Source: Gemmatimonadaceae bacterium | GTDB taxonomy: Bacteria; Gemmatimonadota; Gemmatimonadetes; Gemmatimonadales; Gemmatimonadaceae | DNA: 41,443 nucleotides | Assembly (NCBI GenBank): GCA_050733695.1 | Contig: JBOHTO010000026.1 | Span: forward strand, 1 to 41,443 | Direction of reading: 5' to 3' | In this document: positions 1 through 9,822 of the stretch, piece after piece | How positions within the stretch are numbered: position 1 is the stretch's first letter | Layout of the letters: every line of letters begins with the position of its first letter | Made by a program: the position numbers and the translations under genes | Notes under the pieces: model-generated | The model's database searches: none | Told to the model about the DNA's origin: nothing | What the model saw: only the letters and a program-made list of their open reading frames with translations

Positions 1-1
1 G

Positions 2-499
2 GCTCGTGTCGAGGCGGTCGTCGCCCGCGCGGCCGAACTCCAGCACCGGCCGCGCGTCGCCTTGCTGGAGTGGCTCGACCCGCCGTTTTCCTGCGGCCAT
101 TGGAGTCCCGAGCTGGTCCGGTTGGCAGGGGGCGTCGAGGGCCTCGGCCGAGAAGGGCTGCCATCGCGGACGCTCCGCTGGGACGAAGTGATGGCTTGGC
201 TGCCGGAGGTCGTGGTCATCGCCTGTTGTGGCTTCAGCGCCGAGCGAACCATGGACGAGGTGCAGCCGTTGCAGTCCGTCCCCGGCTGGCAGGACTTGCC
301 CGCGGTTCGCTCGGGACGGGTGTATGTCACGGATGGCTCTCATTATTTCAGCCGCCCAGGTCCGCGGCTGGTCGATAGCCTGGAGATCCTGGCACACACG
401 CTGCACCCCGAGGCGCAGCCGCTGCCTGCCGGGCTGCCGCCGCCCGTTCGCGTGATCGGTTCCGGGGTGGTCAAGCGGGCTTCCTGGGTGTCCGCCTGA
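2..499 (+). CDS. Periplasmic substrate-binding protein (BtuF/FecB-like, cobalamin or Fe3+-siderophore type), C-terminal part; 5' end lies outside the window
   Basis: The frame stays open from position 2 (ARVEAVVARAAELQHRPRVALLEWLDPPF...) and runs into the listed ORF 62..499. The ...WLDPPF.CGHWSPELVRLAGG...GRVYVTDGS..F.RPGPRLVD.LEILA pattern is typical of the C-terminal lobe of class III periplasmic binding proteins. The stop overlaps the next start (TGATG). Confidence 0.55.
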   Translation, partial: ARVEAVVARAAELQHRPRVALLEWLDPPFSCGHWSPELVRLAGGVEGLGREGLPSRTLRWDEVMAWLPEVVVIACCGFSAERTMDEVQPLQSVPGWQDLPAVRSGRVYVTDGSHYFSRPGPRLVDSLEILAHTLHPEAQPLPAGLPPPVRVIGSGVVKRASWVSA

Positions 500-1236
500 T
501 GTTGCGCCGCGTGCTGCTTTCCTGGAGTTCGGGCAAAGACAGCGCCTGGACCTTGCACCTCCTCCGCCAATCGCCGGAGGTGGAAGTCGTGGGCCTGCTG
601 ACCACGTTCAACGAAGCGGCGGACCGCGTGGCCATGCATGCCGTCCGCCGCGCGCTGGTCGAAGCCCAGGCCTCCGCGACTGGACTACCTCTCTGGCCTG
701 TTTCCTTGCCGTCGCCCTGTTCCAACGCCGGCTACGAACAGCGGATGGGAGCTGTGATCGGCCGCGCCCGAGACGAAGGCATCACGGACATAGCCTTCGG
801 CGATCTGTTCCTGGAGGACGTGCGGGACTATCGCATCCGCCAATTGTCCGGGAGCGGGGTCGAGCCGCTGTTTCCTCTGTGGTGTTCGCCCGCCGACACG
901 CCGAACCTGGCCCGTCGAATGCTGGCTGCCGGCCTGCGCGCGGTGCTGACGTGCGTTGACCCCAAGCAACTCCCGGAACCGTTCGTGGGACGCCTGTACG
1001 ACGCGGCGTTCGTAGCCGAGTTGCCGGCCGGGGTCGATCCATGTGGCGAACGCGGAGAGTTCCACACCTTCTGCTTCGCTGGGCCGATGTTCGCTTCCGA
1101 AGTTGCCGTGCAGGTTGGCAAAACCGTTTCCCATGACGGGTTCTGCTTCATCGATCTGCTGCCAAAGCGCACGGACGATAGAGTAGGAAGCTTCTCTGTA
1201 ACAGGTGACTCGCTTACCAAGTCGAGAGGCGGCTAA
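499..1236 (+). CDS. PP-loop ATPase of the MJ0570/Dph6-like (ATP_bind_4) adenine-nucleotide alpha-hydrolase family
   Basis: N-terminal SWSSGKDS P-loop (SGGxDS-type). It is followed by EVVGLLTTF..., GDLFLEDVRDYR and EPLFPLW blocks characteristic of this family. Its start overlaps the upstream stop by 1 nt. Confidence 0.6.
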   Translation: MLRRVLLSWSSGKDSAWTLHLLRQSPEVEVVGLLTTFNEAADRVAMHAVRRALVEAQASATGLPLWPVSLPSPCSNAGYEQRMGAVIGRARDEGITDIAFGDLFLEDVRDYRIRQLSGSGVEPLFPLWCSPADTPNLARRMLAAGLRAVLTCVDPKQLPEPFVGRLYDAAFVAELPAGVDPCGERGEFHTFCFAGPMFASEVAVQVGKTVSHDGFCFIDLLPKRTDDRVGSFSVTGDSLTKSRGG

Positions 1237-1357
1237 CAACAGCATGCACCGGACGGCGCTGCGCGCCGCCGCTGATGCTGAGAGTTAGCCAGCGCTGTAT
1301 CAATGGTTCCGAGTCGACGCTGTGGTTCCTCTGCGACCGGCCGCTTAGCTTTCCGGC

Positions 1358-1831
1358 ATGGGCAGCACGGTATACCTCGAAACCACGATCCCGAGCTACC
1401 TCGCCGCCAGGCCAAGCCGAGATTTGATTACGGTCGCTCACCAGCAACTCACTGTTGATTGGTGGCAGAGCCGGCGCGCTGGATTTCAACTGTACGTTTC
1501 TGAATTGGTGCTCCAGGAAGCTGCGTTCGGCGACTCCGAGCTGGCGCAACGGCGGCTCGCTCACCTCGCCGGGATCCCTTCACTCGCGATTACAGCTCGC
1601 GCGCAAGCGCTTGCCGGATCGCTCTTGAGTTCCGGTCTCTTGCCCGTTAAGGCTGCGGCCGATGCCTTACACATTGGTATCGCGGCGGCCAACGGCGTTG
1701 ACTACCTTCTGACGTGGAATATTCGGCATCTCGCGAACGCCACGATACGTCGCCAGATCGAGGATGCCTGCCGAGCCGCTGGCTTTGTAGCGCCAGTCCT
1801 GTGCACGTCAGAAGAGTTGATGGAGGGTTAG
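1358..1831 (+). CDS. PIN-like nuclease domain protein (VapC-type toxin-like)
   Basis: N-terminal VYLETTIPSYL (acidic residue in the position of the first PIN Asp). C-terminal DALHIGIAAANGVDYLLTWNIRHL resembles the conserved D...LIAA.A...G..LvT.N..hF PIN motif. Size is 157 aa. Confidence 0.45.
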   Translation: MGSTVYLETTIPSYLAARPSRDLITVAHQQLTVDWWQSRRAGFQLYVSELVLQEAAFGDSELAQRRLAHLAGIPSLAITARAQALAGSLLSSGLLPVKAAADALHIGIAAANGVDYLLTWNIRHLANATIRRQIEDACRAAGFVAPVLCTSEELMEG

Positions 1832-1834
1832 GTC

Positions 1835-2011
1835 ATGCCAGATGAATCGATCGTCGCCGAAGTGCGGCAGTGCCGGGCAAAGCTGCTCGCGACGGCGGGT
1901 GGAACACTCGATACTCTCGTTCAGTATCTGCAAGAGCGCGAAAGGCAGGCCGGTCGCACGCCCGTGCAGCTACCACCACAGGCGCCCACAACGCAGTCAC
2001 GCGCTGGCTAA
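1835..2011 (+). CDS. Small hypothetical protein (58 aa) immediately downstream of the PIN-like gene; possible antitoxin-type partner
   Basis: ATG at 1835, 3 nt after the PIN gene stop. It translates to MPDESIVAEVRQCRAKLLATAGGTLDTLVQYLQERERQAGRTPVQLPPQAPTTQSRAG with stop at 2009-2011. It is not in the ORF track because it is under 60 aa. The overlapping listed ORF 1842..2069 is Cys/Arg-rich junk. Confidence 0.3.
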   Translation: MPDESIVAEVRQCRAKLLATAGGTLDTLVQYLQERERQAGRTPVQLPPQAPTTQSRAG

Positions 2012-2409
2012 CAAGCCGATGAAGCTGACGGCCGTCTGCGGCGCCCGCAGCTTATCGGCGAGGCGTTGATATGACTGGGCTGGTGTCAAGTGGTGCGCAG
2101 CGGACGTGAGCAGCAATCGGCATCGGTGCGAGGGTCGATGTCGGTGAGGGTGTGAGACGACGGCAGTGAAGTAGCTCGCTGAGATGGAGACCGGAGGCGC
2201 CTGCGGCGGCATCGACGATGAATCCTGCTGATATGCGCCGGTTACGAGATCGCTCTCGCAGAGCGGCATGAATTGGATTCGTCCGGAGCAGGCTCATTCC
2301 AGGCACGGGGATTGGGTCGCGAACGACCGCACCGCATAACGCGCTCGAGCATCCTCCCAATCGTGCCGCAGGCTGACCCTCCGGGTCCTCCACGTCAGAG
2401 ACCAGGCAT

Positions 2410-3545
2410 CTATGGAGTGTGTGTTAGCCGTTCGAAGTCGGGACCGCATGGGGCGGGAGCTCCCGCATGACGGCCCAGAGAAATCCAACGAGTTCCCGAG
2501 CCACGGCCACGGCCGCGATCTGGGACTGTTTCCGGTACGCGAGGGTGGTGATAGAGTTTGTGCAGGCGGTGCTGCGCTTTCCAGGCATGCGTGATCACCG
2601 CCGCGGGCTGTCCCTGTTGCCGCGCCCGGAGATGGGCCCCCACCAGGGGCCGATGGCGATAGCTCCACGCGGCTTGCACCAGGACGTGGCGACAGTGACT
2701 GTTGCCCGCTTTCGTGAGGGAGCCCTTGCGCTCACGGTTCCCCGTCGAGTCCTCACGCGAGACGAGCCCCACGTAGGCCATGAGCTGCGTCGGGCGCGCG
2801 AAGCGCCGCCAATCCACGATCTCGGTGGCGAGCACCATCGCCGCATGGAGCTGGAAGCCGCGGAAGCACTGCAACCAGCCGACCGCGGTTGCGTACGCCG
2901 GCTGCATCGCCAGGCTGGCGATCTCCCGATCGAGCGCGTCCCGTCGTCCGACGCGTCCCGTCGTCCGACCTTGTACTCGAGCAGCGCGAGATATTCGCGG
3001 AACACCAGGGCGTCTTCGCTCGCCAACGGGGACCTCGGTGCCGCCAGCGCCCCAAGCCACGCCAGATGCTTGTGAGTCCAGTTTTCCCCCTCCCGGTACA
3101 GGAACCCGCGTCGGGCAAGGAACTTGAGGATGTAATGCCGCGACTTGAGACTCTCGCGCCGAAACGTCTCCCGGCAGCGCACGACGTCGCGCACGCGTTC
3201 CTCCGCTTCGGACGGAATCCGCACCGACGTCAGTTCCCCCGCGCGGTGGAGGCGCGCCAGCTGGGCGGCGTCGTACTTGTCATGCTTCCGTTGGACCCCA
3301 GGCTTGATCGGGATCAGCGACGGCGCGATGACATCGCAGCTATAGCCCCACTCGCGCAGCGCGCGGTGGATCCCGTACCCGGCGCCACTCGCTTCGTAGC
3401 ACGCGTGCAGTTCGCCCTGCTCGGCGAGTCGCTCGCAGTACCGGCGAAGCCTCGCGCGATCGTTCGGCAGCCGATCGATGTGGGTTGGGGTCGACGCGTG
3501 GTCGGGCAGCACCGCGAGCGTGATCGACTCCTTGTGCACATCCAT
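2410..3545 (-). pseudogene. IS110-family transposase, frameshifted by a 17-bp tandem duplication
   Basis: The N-terminal two-thirds lies in the frame of ORF 2595..3719, with the true start at MDVHKE (ATG at 3545-3543). The C-terminal third lies in the frame of ORF 2410..3060. The frames switch exactly at the duplicated GCGTCCCGTCGTCCGAC (2935-2951 and 2952-2968), giving a duplicated peptide VGRRDASD/GRRDALD. Removing one copy restores a single ~372-aa reading frame. Confidence 0.75.
2935..2968. repeat. Perfect 17-bp tandem duplication (GCGTCCCGTCGTCCGAC x2) inside the IS110 transposase gene
   Basis: Read directly from the sequence. The unit length is not a multiple of 3, so it frameshifts the transposase. 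Confidence 0.9.
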
Positions 3546-3548
3546 TCC

Positions 3549-3582
3549 CAGCGTGATGATACAGCGTGATGATACAGCGTGA
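3549..3582. repeat. 13-bp tandem repeat (CAGCGTGATGATA x2.6) immediately 5' of the IS110 transposase start codon
   Basis: Read directly from the sequence. It lies in the IS 5' leader adjacent to the ATG at 3545-3543 (minus strand). Confidence 0.9.
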
Positions 3583-3717
3583 CATGGGTGGTCCTCCACG
3601 GATACCTGCGACAGTCCGGTGAGTCGCATGTGGCTCTGGCGACTTCGGTGAACACGAGGAGCTAATCCACGTGAACGTCGGAGGGCCAGCCCAGTCATAA
3701 CTTCTAGGCAGCCGAAC

Positions 3718-4491
3718 ATGGTTCATCCACGGAGGTGCGCCGCGTTCACTCAAGGCAGACCTTGCCCGCACCCTCTCGAGCCATTGTGTTCCGGCACGTA
3801 TCGCATGACGGAGGAACAGCGGCCGCGCGAGTACTGGGTTGAGCCGATTCCGGATGCCGCAGCGTTGCCGGCAGAGGGTGACTGCAATCCCGAGGAGATC
3901 GCTATCCTGCGCGAGAGCATCCGCCTCGCCTTCGTGGCGGCGCTGCAATACCTGCCGCCCCGCCAGCGTGCAGTGCTGCTGCTGACCCAGGTCCTGAACT
4001 GGTCCGCGGCCGAGACGGCCGAAAGTCTCGCCATGACCGTGGCGGCGGTGAACGGCGCGCTGCAGCGCGCCCGCGCGACGCTCCAGTCCCGCAATCCTGC
4101 CGTAGTGCCGCGTGTGCTCTCGGAGGAACAGGCGCGGCTCGTCGCGGGCTATGTGGAGGCGTTCGAACGGTATCACGTGGCGGCTCTCACGAAACTCCTG
4201 CACGAAGAGGCAACGCTCTCGATGCCGCCGTACGAGCTCTGGCTCCAGGGCCACGAGTCGATCGCGAAATGGCTGCTCTCCATCGGCATCGGCTGCAGGG
4301 GTTCGCGGCTGATACCCGTGCAGGCCTGTGGCGGCACGCCCGCCTTCGCGCAGTACCGCGAGGGGGGTGCGCAGCCATGGGCGCTCCTCATGCTGGAGCT
4401 CGACGGCGATCGGATCATGAGCATGACCTCCTACCTCGATGTCGAGACGCTCTTTCCGCGGTTCGGCCAACCGATGCGGCTGGCCGGCTGA
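3718..4491 (+). pseudogene. ECF sigma factor of the ECF41/SigJ type (sigma-4 domain plus C-terminal SnoaL/NTF2-like extension), 5'-truncated; sigma-2 domain absent
   Basis: Clear sigma-70 region 4 (IRLAFVAALQYLPPRQRAVLLLTQVLNWSAAETAESLAMTVAAVNGALQRARATL). Preceded by a linker EYWVEPIPD resembling the ECF41 YVGPWLPEP motif. Followed by a ~130-aa SnoaL-like C-terminal domain (…ELDGDRI…). Only ~35 non-homologous residues precede the linker, and the frame hits a stop at 3649-3651, so region 2 is missing. The IS110 5' end abuts it. Confidence 0.6.
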
Positions 4492-4672
4492 ACCACGCCG
4501 AGGCTGCTGTTCGCGGCAAGGCGGAGAACTTTCCGGGGACCGATGAGTTTTGGCGGGTGCGGCAGTCTATGCGTGTGAACCCACCCGGAGGCTACATGTC
4601 TGGCGACGCCCGTGTTCCCGCCCTGCTTCGTCCCGCCCGCTGACATTTTCACCCTTCAAGGAGAATCGCATC

Positions 4673-5134
4673 ATGTCCACGACCCAGGCTCCCGCACCCA
4701 CGATCAGGAACGCCGGAACAACGCCGGCGACGCCGCACAAGCTCTTCGTCAACATCCCGGTGAACGACCTGCAGCGCTCGATCGTGTTCTTCGAGGCGCT
4801 CGGCTTCAGCTTCAACCCGCAGTTCACCGACGCCACGGCGACCTGCATGCTCGTTGGCGAGGATGCGTACTTCATGCTTCTCGACAAGGAGCGCTTCACG
4901 GGCTTCAGCAAGCGGCCGACGGGTGACCCGCGCAGGGAGACGAACGCGCTTTTCGCGCTGAGTGTGAACAGCCGCCAGGAAGTCGACGAGATGGTGAAGA
5001 AAGCCGTCGCCGCAGGCGGCTCGCACGCCGTCGATCCGCAGGACCATGGCTTCATGTACGGGTCGAGCTTCTACGATATCGATGGGCACCACTGGGAGGT
5101 GTTCTGGATGGATCCGAGCGCTGTTTCCGGCTGA
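4673..5134 (+). CDS. VOC (glyoxalase/bleomycin-resistance/dioxygenase fold) family protein
   Basis: Listed ORF 4550..5134. The likely true start is ATG 4673 (MSTTQAP…), preceded by AAGGAGA with a 7-nt spacer. Vicinal-oxygen-chelate-like blocks NIPVNDLQRSIVFFEALGF…YFML…FALSV….GFMYG.SFYDIDGHHWEVFW are present. Confidence 0.65.
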   Translation: MSTTQAPAPTIRNAGTTPATPHKLFVNIPVNDLQRSIVFFEALGFSFNPQFTDATATCMLVGEDAYFMLLDKERFTGFSKRPTGDPRRETNALFALSVNSRQEVDEMVKKAVAAGGSHAVDPQDHGFMYGSSFYDIDGHHWEVFWMDPSAVSG

Positions 5135-5238
5135 CGTGGCGATCGCACCGCCGCCCCGGACCTGATTGCGGGCTCGATGCTGGGATCGGGTGCAGTATCG
5201 GGATGTTGCAAAACAAGACCTGACCCCGAGGAACAACA

Positions 5239-5742
5239 ATGGCCACGACCCAGCGGATCAGCCCGTGCCTGTGGTTTGACGATCAGGCCGAGGAGGCCGC
5301 CCGATTCTATACGGGCATCTTCAAGAACTCGCGGATCACCACTATCACACGGTACGGCAAGGCCGGCTTTGAAGTGCATCACCGGCCGGCCGGGTCCGTG
5401 ATGACGGTCGCCTTCGAGCTCGATGGGCAATCGTTCACGGCGCTGAATGGCGGGCCCGTGTTCACGTTCAACGAGGCAGTTTCGCTTCAGGTCAATTGCG
5501 AAACACAGGACGAGATCGACTACTACTGGGAGAAGCTGGGCGCGGGCGGTGATCCGAAGGTTCAGCAGTGTGGCTGGCTCAAGGACCGGTACGGCCTCTC
5601 GTGGCAGGTCGTCCCCAACACGATGGACGAGCTAGTGAAGGACGAACAGTCGCCGGGCGCACAGCGCGTCATGGAAGCGATGCTCAAGATGAAGAAAATC
5701 GACATCGGCGAACTTCGGCGAGCGCACGCCCTGACGAAATGA
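5239..5742 (+). CDS. VOC-fold protein of the PhnB/3-demethylubiquinone-9 3-methyltransferase-like (3-dmu-9_3-mt) family
   Basis: MATTQRISPCLWFDDQAEEAARFYTGIFKNS…VMTVAFELDGQSFTALNGGP…LSWQVVP matches the PhnB-like family layout. RBS GAGGAA lies upstream. Confidence 0.7.
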   Translation: MATTQRISPCLWFDDQAEEAARFYTGIFKNSRITTITRYGKAGFEVHHRPAGSVMTVAFELDGQSFTALNGGPVFTFNEAVSLQVNCETQDEIDYYWEKLGAGGDPKVQQCGWLKDRYGLSWQVVPNTMDELVKDEQSPGAQRVMEAMLKMKKIDIGELRRAHALTK

Positions 5743-5795
5743 TCGCGTTGGCTCCGGCACGGCGGCCAGACGCCGACGCTTCACCTACGCTCCAC

Positions 5796-6857
5796 CTACG
5801 CACCCGCAGTCACTCTCGTCTCGATTTCGAGCAGTCGCTGCTTGCGCCACACCCCGCCGCCGTACCCGACGAGCCGCCCGTCCGCGCCTATGACGCGATG
5901 ACACGGAATCAGGATCGCGATGCGGTTGTCTCCATTCGCGTTCGCCACAGCTCGTACCGCGGTGGGCCGGCCGACCGCCCTCGCGATCTCGATATAGCTG
6001 CGCGTCGATCCCGCGGGAATGTTGCGTAGCGCATTCCACACCTGCATCTGGAACTCCGTACCCGGTGCATGAATCGGCACGTCGAACCCGGCCCGCTCGC
6101 CGCGAAAGAACTCATCGAGCTGGTTCCTCAGTTCGGTCAGAACCGGCGTTTCACCGGGGGCGAACACGCAGCCAAGCCTGCGCGCGAGCCGGTCGACCTG
6201 GGTCGGCAGCATCCGTCGATCGGCGAACTCCAGCAGCATCAGGTGCTCGTGCGTCGCGCCCGCGATCATCTGTCCGAGCGGTGTCTCCATGCGTGTGACG
6301 TGCACTATCGCCACATCCTGGAGCCGGGTCGGCGACCGGCCGGCGAATCTCTGGAACGCTTCATTGAATCCGCTGAGGGATTCGTATCCGGCTTCGTATG
6401 CCGTCGTTGTCACGCGTCCTCCATGTTGAATGCGACCCAGCGCCTGGCTCAGCCGCCGGGCCCTGCTGTAGGCGTGAAAGGTCATGCCGTGATGTGCCTT
6501 GAACCAGCGCGACAATCGCGACGGCTGGATACCTAATTCGCGCAGATCCGCGTCGCGCCATGCGCGCGTTGGCTCCCGTTCGACGGTCGCCAGCAGCGGT
6601 GCGAGCCATCGCGGAGCCCGACCCAGCGGGGAGAGCGGGTTGCAGCGCTTGCAGGGACGGTAGCCGGCTACGACCGCGGCCTGACTGGTGCTGAAGAACT
6701 CGACGTTCTCCGGCCTGGGCTTTCGCGCCGGACAGGTGGGTCGGCAGAATATGCCGGTTGTCCGTACGGCAGTGACGAAGACGCCCTCGTAGCTGCTGTC
6801 CCCACGCAGGAATGCGTCGACAAGTTCCGGCCGGGGGGGAAGTTCACTCGTTATCAT
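5796..6857 (-). CDS. ada: Bifunctional Ada: methylphosphotriester-DNA methyltransferase/AraC-type regulator fused to O6-methylguanine-DNA methyltransferase
   Basis: N-terminal Ada Zn-binding signature (FVTAVRTTGIFCRPTCPARKP…GYRPCKRCNP). An AraC-type HTH follows in the middle. The C-terminal MGMT domain has the PCHRV active-site motif (IPCHRVIGADGRLVGYGGG). Confidence 0.85.
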   Translation of the reverse strand: MITSELPPRPELVDAFLRGDSSYEGVFVTAVRTTGIFCRPTCPARKPRPENVEFFSTSQAAVVAGYRPCKRCNPLSPLGRAPRWLAPLLATVEREPTRAWRDADLRELGIQPSRLSRWFKAHHGMTFHAYSRARRLSQALGRIQHGGRVTTTAYEAGYESLSGFNEAFQRFAGRSPTRLQDVAIVHVTRMETPLGQMIAGATHEHLMLLEFADRRMLPTQVDRLARRLGCVFAPGETPVLTELRNQLDEFFRGERAGFDVPIHAPGTEFQMQVWNALRNIPAGSTRSYIEIARAVGRPTAVRAVANANGDNRIAILIPCHRVIGADGRLVGYGGGVWRKQRLLEIETRVTAGA

Positions 6858-7027
6858 GCATCATAATTTCGCCGGACCCGGGGCGCGCCGCCACCGGAAA
6901 ATCGACACCGAACTCGGCGCCGCCGCGAGATGGCTCCAGATGAGCACCGGGGCTCGGCGTGCGTCCCCGGCTATCTCGGCAATACCGGCCGCGAATTCGC
7001 GCCGCTCCCGGCAGTTGGCGAAGACCG

Positions 7028-9535
7028 CTACTCGTATCGCAGCGCCTGCATGGGGTCAACCCGTGATGCCCTGAGTGCAGGGATGTATCCGGCGCCCAGC
7101 GCGACAAGGGCGATGACGACCGTCGCGATCGCGATCGCCAGCGGGTCGTGGCCCTCCAGTTCGAAAAGCAGCGAACTCGCCGCACGTCCCAGCGCCAGCG
7201 CCGCGGCGACGCCGATCACGCCCCCGATGAGCGTCATCCAGCCAACCTGCCGGAGCACCATTCCGCGCACGCGCTGGCCGTCGGCACCGAGCGCCATGCG
7301 GACACCGATCTCCCGGGTGCGCTGTGCCACCGTGTACGACAGCACGCCGTAAAGACCGACGGCCGCAAGCAGGGTCGCCAGCACGGCGAACGCCGCCGAG
7401 AGGGTGCTGATCATCCGGTCGAGGAACACGTTCTCGCGCACCTGCTGAGGGAGCGTCTTCAGATCCTCGACCGGCAGGTTCGGGTCGAGCCGCTCGATCA
7501 CGCCAGGTACGGCTCGCAGCAGTGATGCCGGTGAGAGCGCTGTCCGCACATAGAAGTTGATCGATCCGATCGATTCATCCTGACGGTATGGTGTGAAGAA
7601 GAGTGGCGGTACCTCTTCCTTCACTTCGCTGTAACTGGCATCCTGCACCAGACCGACGATCTCCGTGTCCAGCTCCTCGCCACGGCCCGCGCCCATGCGC
7701 TTGCCCACCGCGTGCCGTCCGAGGTTGAACTTCTTGGCAAAGGTTTCGTTGACGATGGCGACGTTCGGCGCGCCGGCGTTGTCTGCGAGCGTGAACTCGC
7801 GCCCCGCGAGCATCGGCACACCGAGCGTCCGGAAATAGGCAGGCGCGATCTGGTTGAACCGCGAGCCGGCGTCGGTGTCCGGAGTGCGGCGAAATCCCTC
7901 GACCACGACACTGCTCCCCCAGTTGTCCCCGGAGAGAAGCGGCACCCGCGATGCGGTGACGCCCGTAACACCGGGAAGTGCCGCGAGCTCCTCCTCAACG
8001 CGCGTGAAGAGCGTGCTCGTGCGCGTCGAGTCGTAGCCATTGAGCTCCGGCGATATGCCGAAGGTGACAACGTTGTCCACCTCGATTCCCAGATCCACCC
8101 GGCTGATGTTCGCGAGACTCCTGATGAACAGTCCGGCGGAGATGAGGAGTGTCATCGAGAGCGCGATCTGTGCAGTGACGAGCGATATGCGGAATCGCGC
8201 GGCAGTCCGGTGACCCGAAGGCTGCCCCGTGCTGGCCCTGATCATCGAGATGAGATCGGGTCGCGTGCTGTGGAGCGCGGGAAACATTCCGAAGAGAAGT
8301 CCCGTGCCGATCGACAGGGCAGCCGCGAATAGCAGCACCGGCGGTTCGATCTCCAGTCGCAGCATGGTCGCCCTCTCGGCCGGCAATATCGAGCCGATGC
8401 CCATCAGCGTCCAGTGCGCTATGAGAAGGCTGGCGATGCCGCCCATCGTGGCGAGCAGGACCGACTCGATGAGCAACTGCCGCACGATCTGCCAGCGGCT
8501 CGCTCCGAGCGAGAGACGCACTGCCATCTCCATGGATCGGTTGGCACCGCGCGCCAGCAGCAGATTCGCGACGTTGGCGCACGCGATCAGGAGCACGATC
8601 CCCGTAATCGAGAACAGGAAGATCAGCGGCATTCGCGCCTCGCGATGGATCGAACTCTGTCCGCGTCGACCATCCTCCAGAGTGATCTCCTTCGCCCTGA
8701 ACCGCTCCAGCGTCTGATCGCTCATTCCCTCCTGCAGCGGCGCTTCGACGTCAATGATGATGGGCCGATACAGTGCGTTGATCGCGGTCGTCGCCTGCTG
8801 CATCGACACGCCGGGCTTGAGGCGCGCAAAGAGATACGCCCAGTAACTGCGCCGGTTCTCGAATCCGTCGAAGCCGGGCGACATGAGTCCGCGCATGGAG
8901 ATCGGCACGAAGACCTGCGGCGTGGCGCCGAGCGTCGTACCATCGAAGCCGTTCGGCGCGACGCCGACGATTGTCATGGATTGGCCGTTGACAACGATGT
9001 TCTCGCCGATCACGTCCGGGTTGGCGCCGAGGCGCGTAGCCCAGTAGCTGTGGTCCAGCACCGCAACGAAGTTGGCTCCGATCGCCTCGTCATCGGCCGG
9101 AGTGAGCAGACGTCCGAGCGCCGGTTGAACGCCAAGCAGTGGGAAATAGGAGCCCGAAACGAGCATACCCTCGCCGTTCAGTGTCTGACGCTCGTAGGAA
9201 AGGTTCGCCCCGAATGCGACGTGAGCCGCGATGCCAGTGAACGCGGTCTGCCCGCGCTCGAGATCCCGGAACATGGGATAGCTGAAGACCGCTTCGCAGT
9301 CACCGGCCTCATTGCACGACTGCGAACCGGGTTTTGGTCCTGGAGCAGTCAGGTTGACCAGTTGCTCCGGCTGCGCGACGGGCAGGTCGCGGAGGAGCAT
9401 CTGGTTGAAGAGCGAGAAGATCGCCGCATTCGCTCCGATGCCAAGCGCCAGTGAAATGACGGCGACGGTCGTGACGAAAGGCGTCTTGAAGAGTGTGCGG
9501 AGTGCGAGCTTCAGGTTGACCACGGATGCCCCCAT
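7028..9535 (-). CDS. FtsX/MacB-like duplicated ABC permease (ADOP family) with large periplasmic domains
   Basis: Listed ORF 7028..9943. The likely start is ATG 9535 ([42 protein letters not shown]), the typical ADOP/MacB N-terminus. Two FtsX-like 4-TM modules are present, and it ends with the characteristic …DPMQALRYE. Confidence 0.8.
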   Translation of the reverse strand: MGASVVNLKLALRTLFKTPFVTTVAVISLALGIGANAAIFSLFNQMLLRDLPVAQPEQLVNLTAPGPKPGSQSCNEAGDCEAVFSYPMFRDLERGQTAFTGIAAHVAFGANLSYERQTLNGEGMLVSGSYFPLLGVQPALGRLLTPADDEAIGANFVAVLDHSYWATRLGANPDVIGENIVVNGQSMTIVGVAPNGFDGTTLGATPQVFVPISMRGLMSPGFDGFENRRSYWAYLFARLKPGVSMQQATTAINALYRPIIIDVEAPLQEGMSDQTLERFRAKEITLEDGRRGQSSIHREARMPLIFLFSITGIVLLIACANVANLLLARGANRSMEMAVRLSLGASRWQIVRQLLIESVLLATMGGIASLLIAHWTLMGIGSILPAERATMLRLEIEPPVLLFAAALSIGTGLLFGMFPALHSTRPDLISMIRASTGQPSGHRTAARFRISLVTAQIALSMTLLISAGLFIRSLANISRVDLGIEVDNVVTFGISPELNGYDSTRTSTLFTRVEEELAALPGVTGVTASRVPLLSGDNWGSSVVVEGFRRTPDTDAGSRFNQIAPAYFRTLGVPMLAGREFTLADNAGAPNVAIVNETFAKKFNLGRHAVGKRMGAGRGEELDTEIVGLVQDASYSEVKEEVPPLFFTPYRQDESIGSINFYVRTALSPASLLRAVPGVIERLDPNLPVEDLKTLPQQVRENVFLDRMISTLSAAFAVLATLLAAVGLYGVLSYTVAQRTREIGVRMALGADGQRVRGMVLRQVGWMTLIGGVIGVAAALALGRAASSLLFELEGHDPLAIAIATVVIALVALGAGYIPALRASRVDPMQALRYE

Positions 9536-9822
9536 GAAGATTCCGGACGTAACGCGCCGGTAACCATCTGTCGATGCTGCGCTGAAATGCGGACCGTCGC
9601 ATGATCGTGCGGAGGCCGCACATGGTGCCGTACGGAGTTCGGGGGGTGGACGTGTCAGGACAAGGGGAGCTGATACGTCCCCGCCCGCGCGTGCCCACCC
9701 CGGAACGGCGCGGTTGCTGCCCCGGATCGTTAGCTTCATGAGTGGCGCCGTGCACCGCGCCCGAAGAAGACCGCCGTCCTTCGCGAACCGGGTGATGACT
9801 GTCCCAATGACATGAGGCCGAC

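Larger units (their letters stand above)
2410..3720 (-). mobile_element. IS110-family insertion sequence (approximate limits; 3' end may extend down towards ~2012)
   Basis: Contains a DEDD-type IS110 transposase gene. It starts MDVHKESITLAVL... and its C-terminal part carries the ...VGLVSREDSTGNRERKGSLTKAGNSHCRHVLVQAAW... transposase_20 signature. There are no obvious terminal inverted repeats, as usual for IS110. The flanking ECF sigma gene is truncated at the 3720 side. Confidence 0.65.

Noticed and set aside
1842-2069. 75-aa ORF (MNRSSPKCGSAGQSC…)
   Set aside because: Cys/Arg-rich and out of frame with the more protein-like 58-aa ORF 1835..2011 that follows the PIN-like gene directly.
2012-2410. 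Possible 5' fragment of the sigma factor gene or extra IS ORFs (minus ORFs 1997..2269, 2052..2393)
   Set aside because: All plus-strand frames are broken by multiple stops. The minus-strand ORFs have no sigma, transposase or other motifs. This is probably the IS110 3' non-coding region or deletion scar.
3340-4470. 376-aa ORF on the minus strand
   Set aside because: Entirely antisense to the ECF sigma gene. It is Arg/Ala-rich with no motifs, a typical GC-rich antisense artefact.
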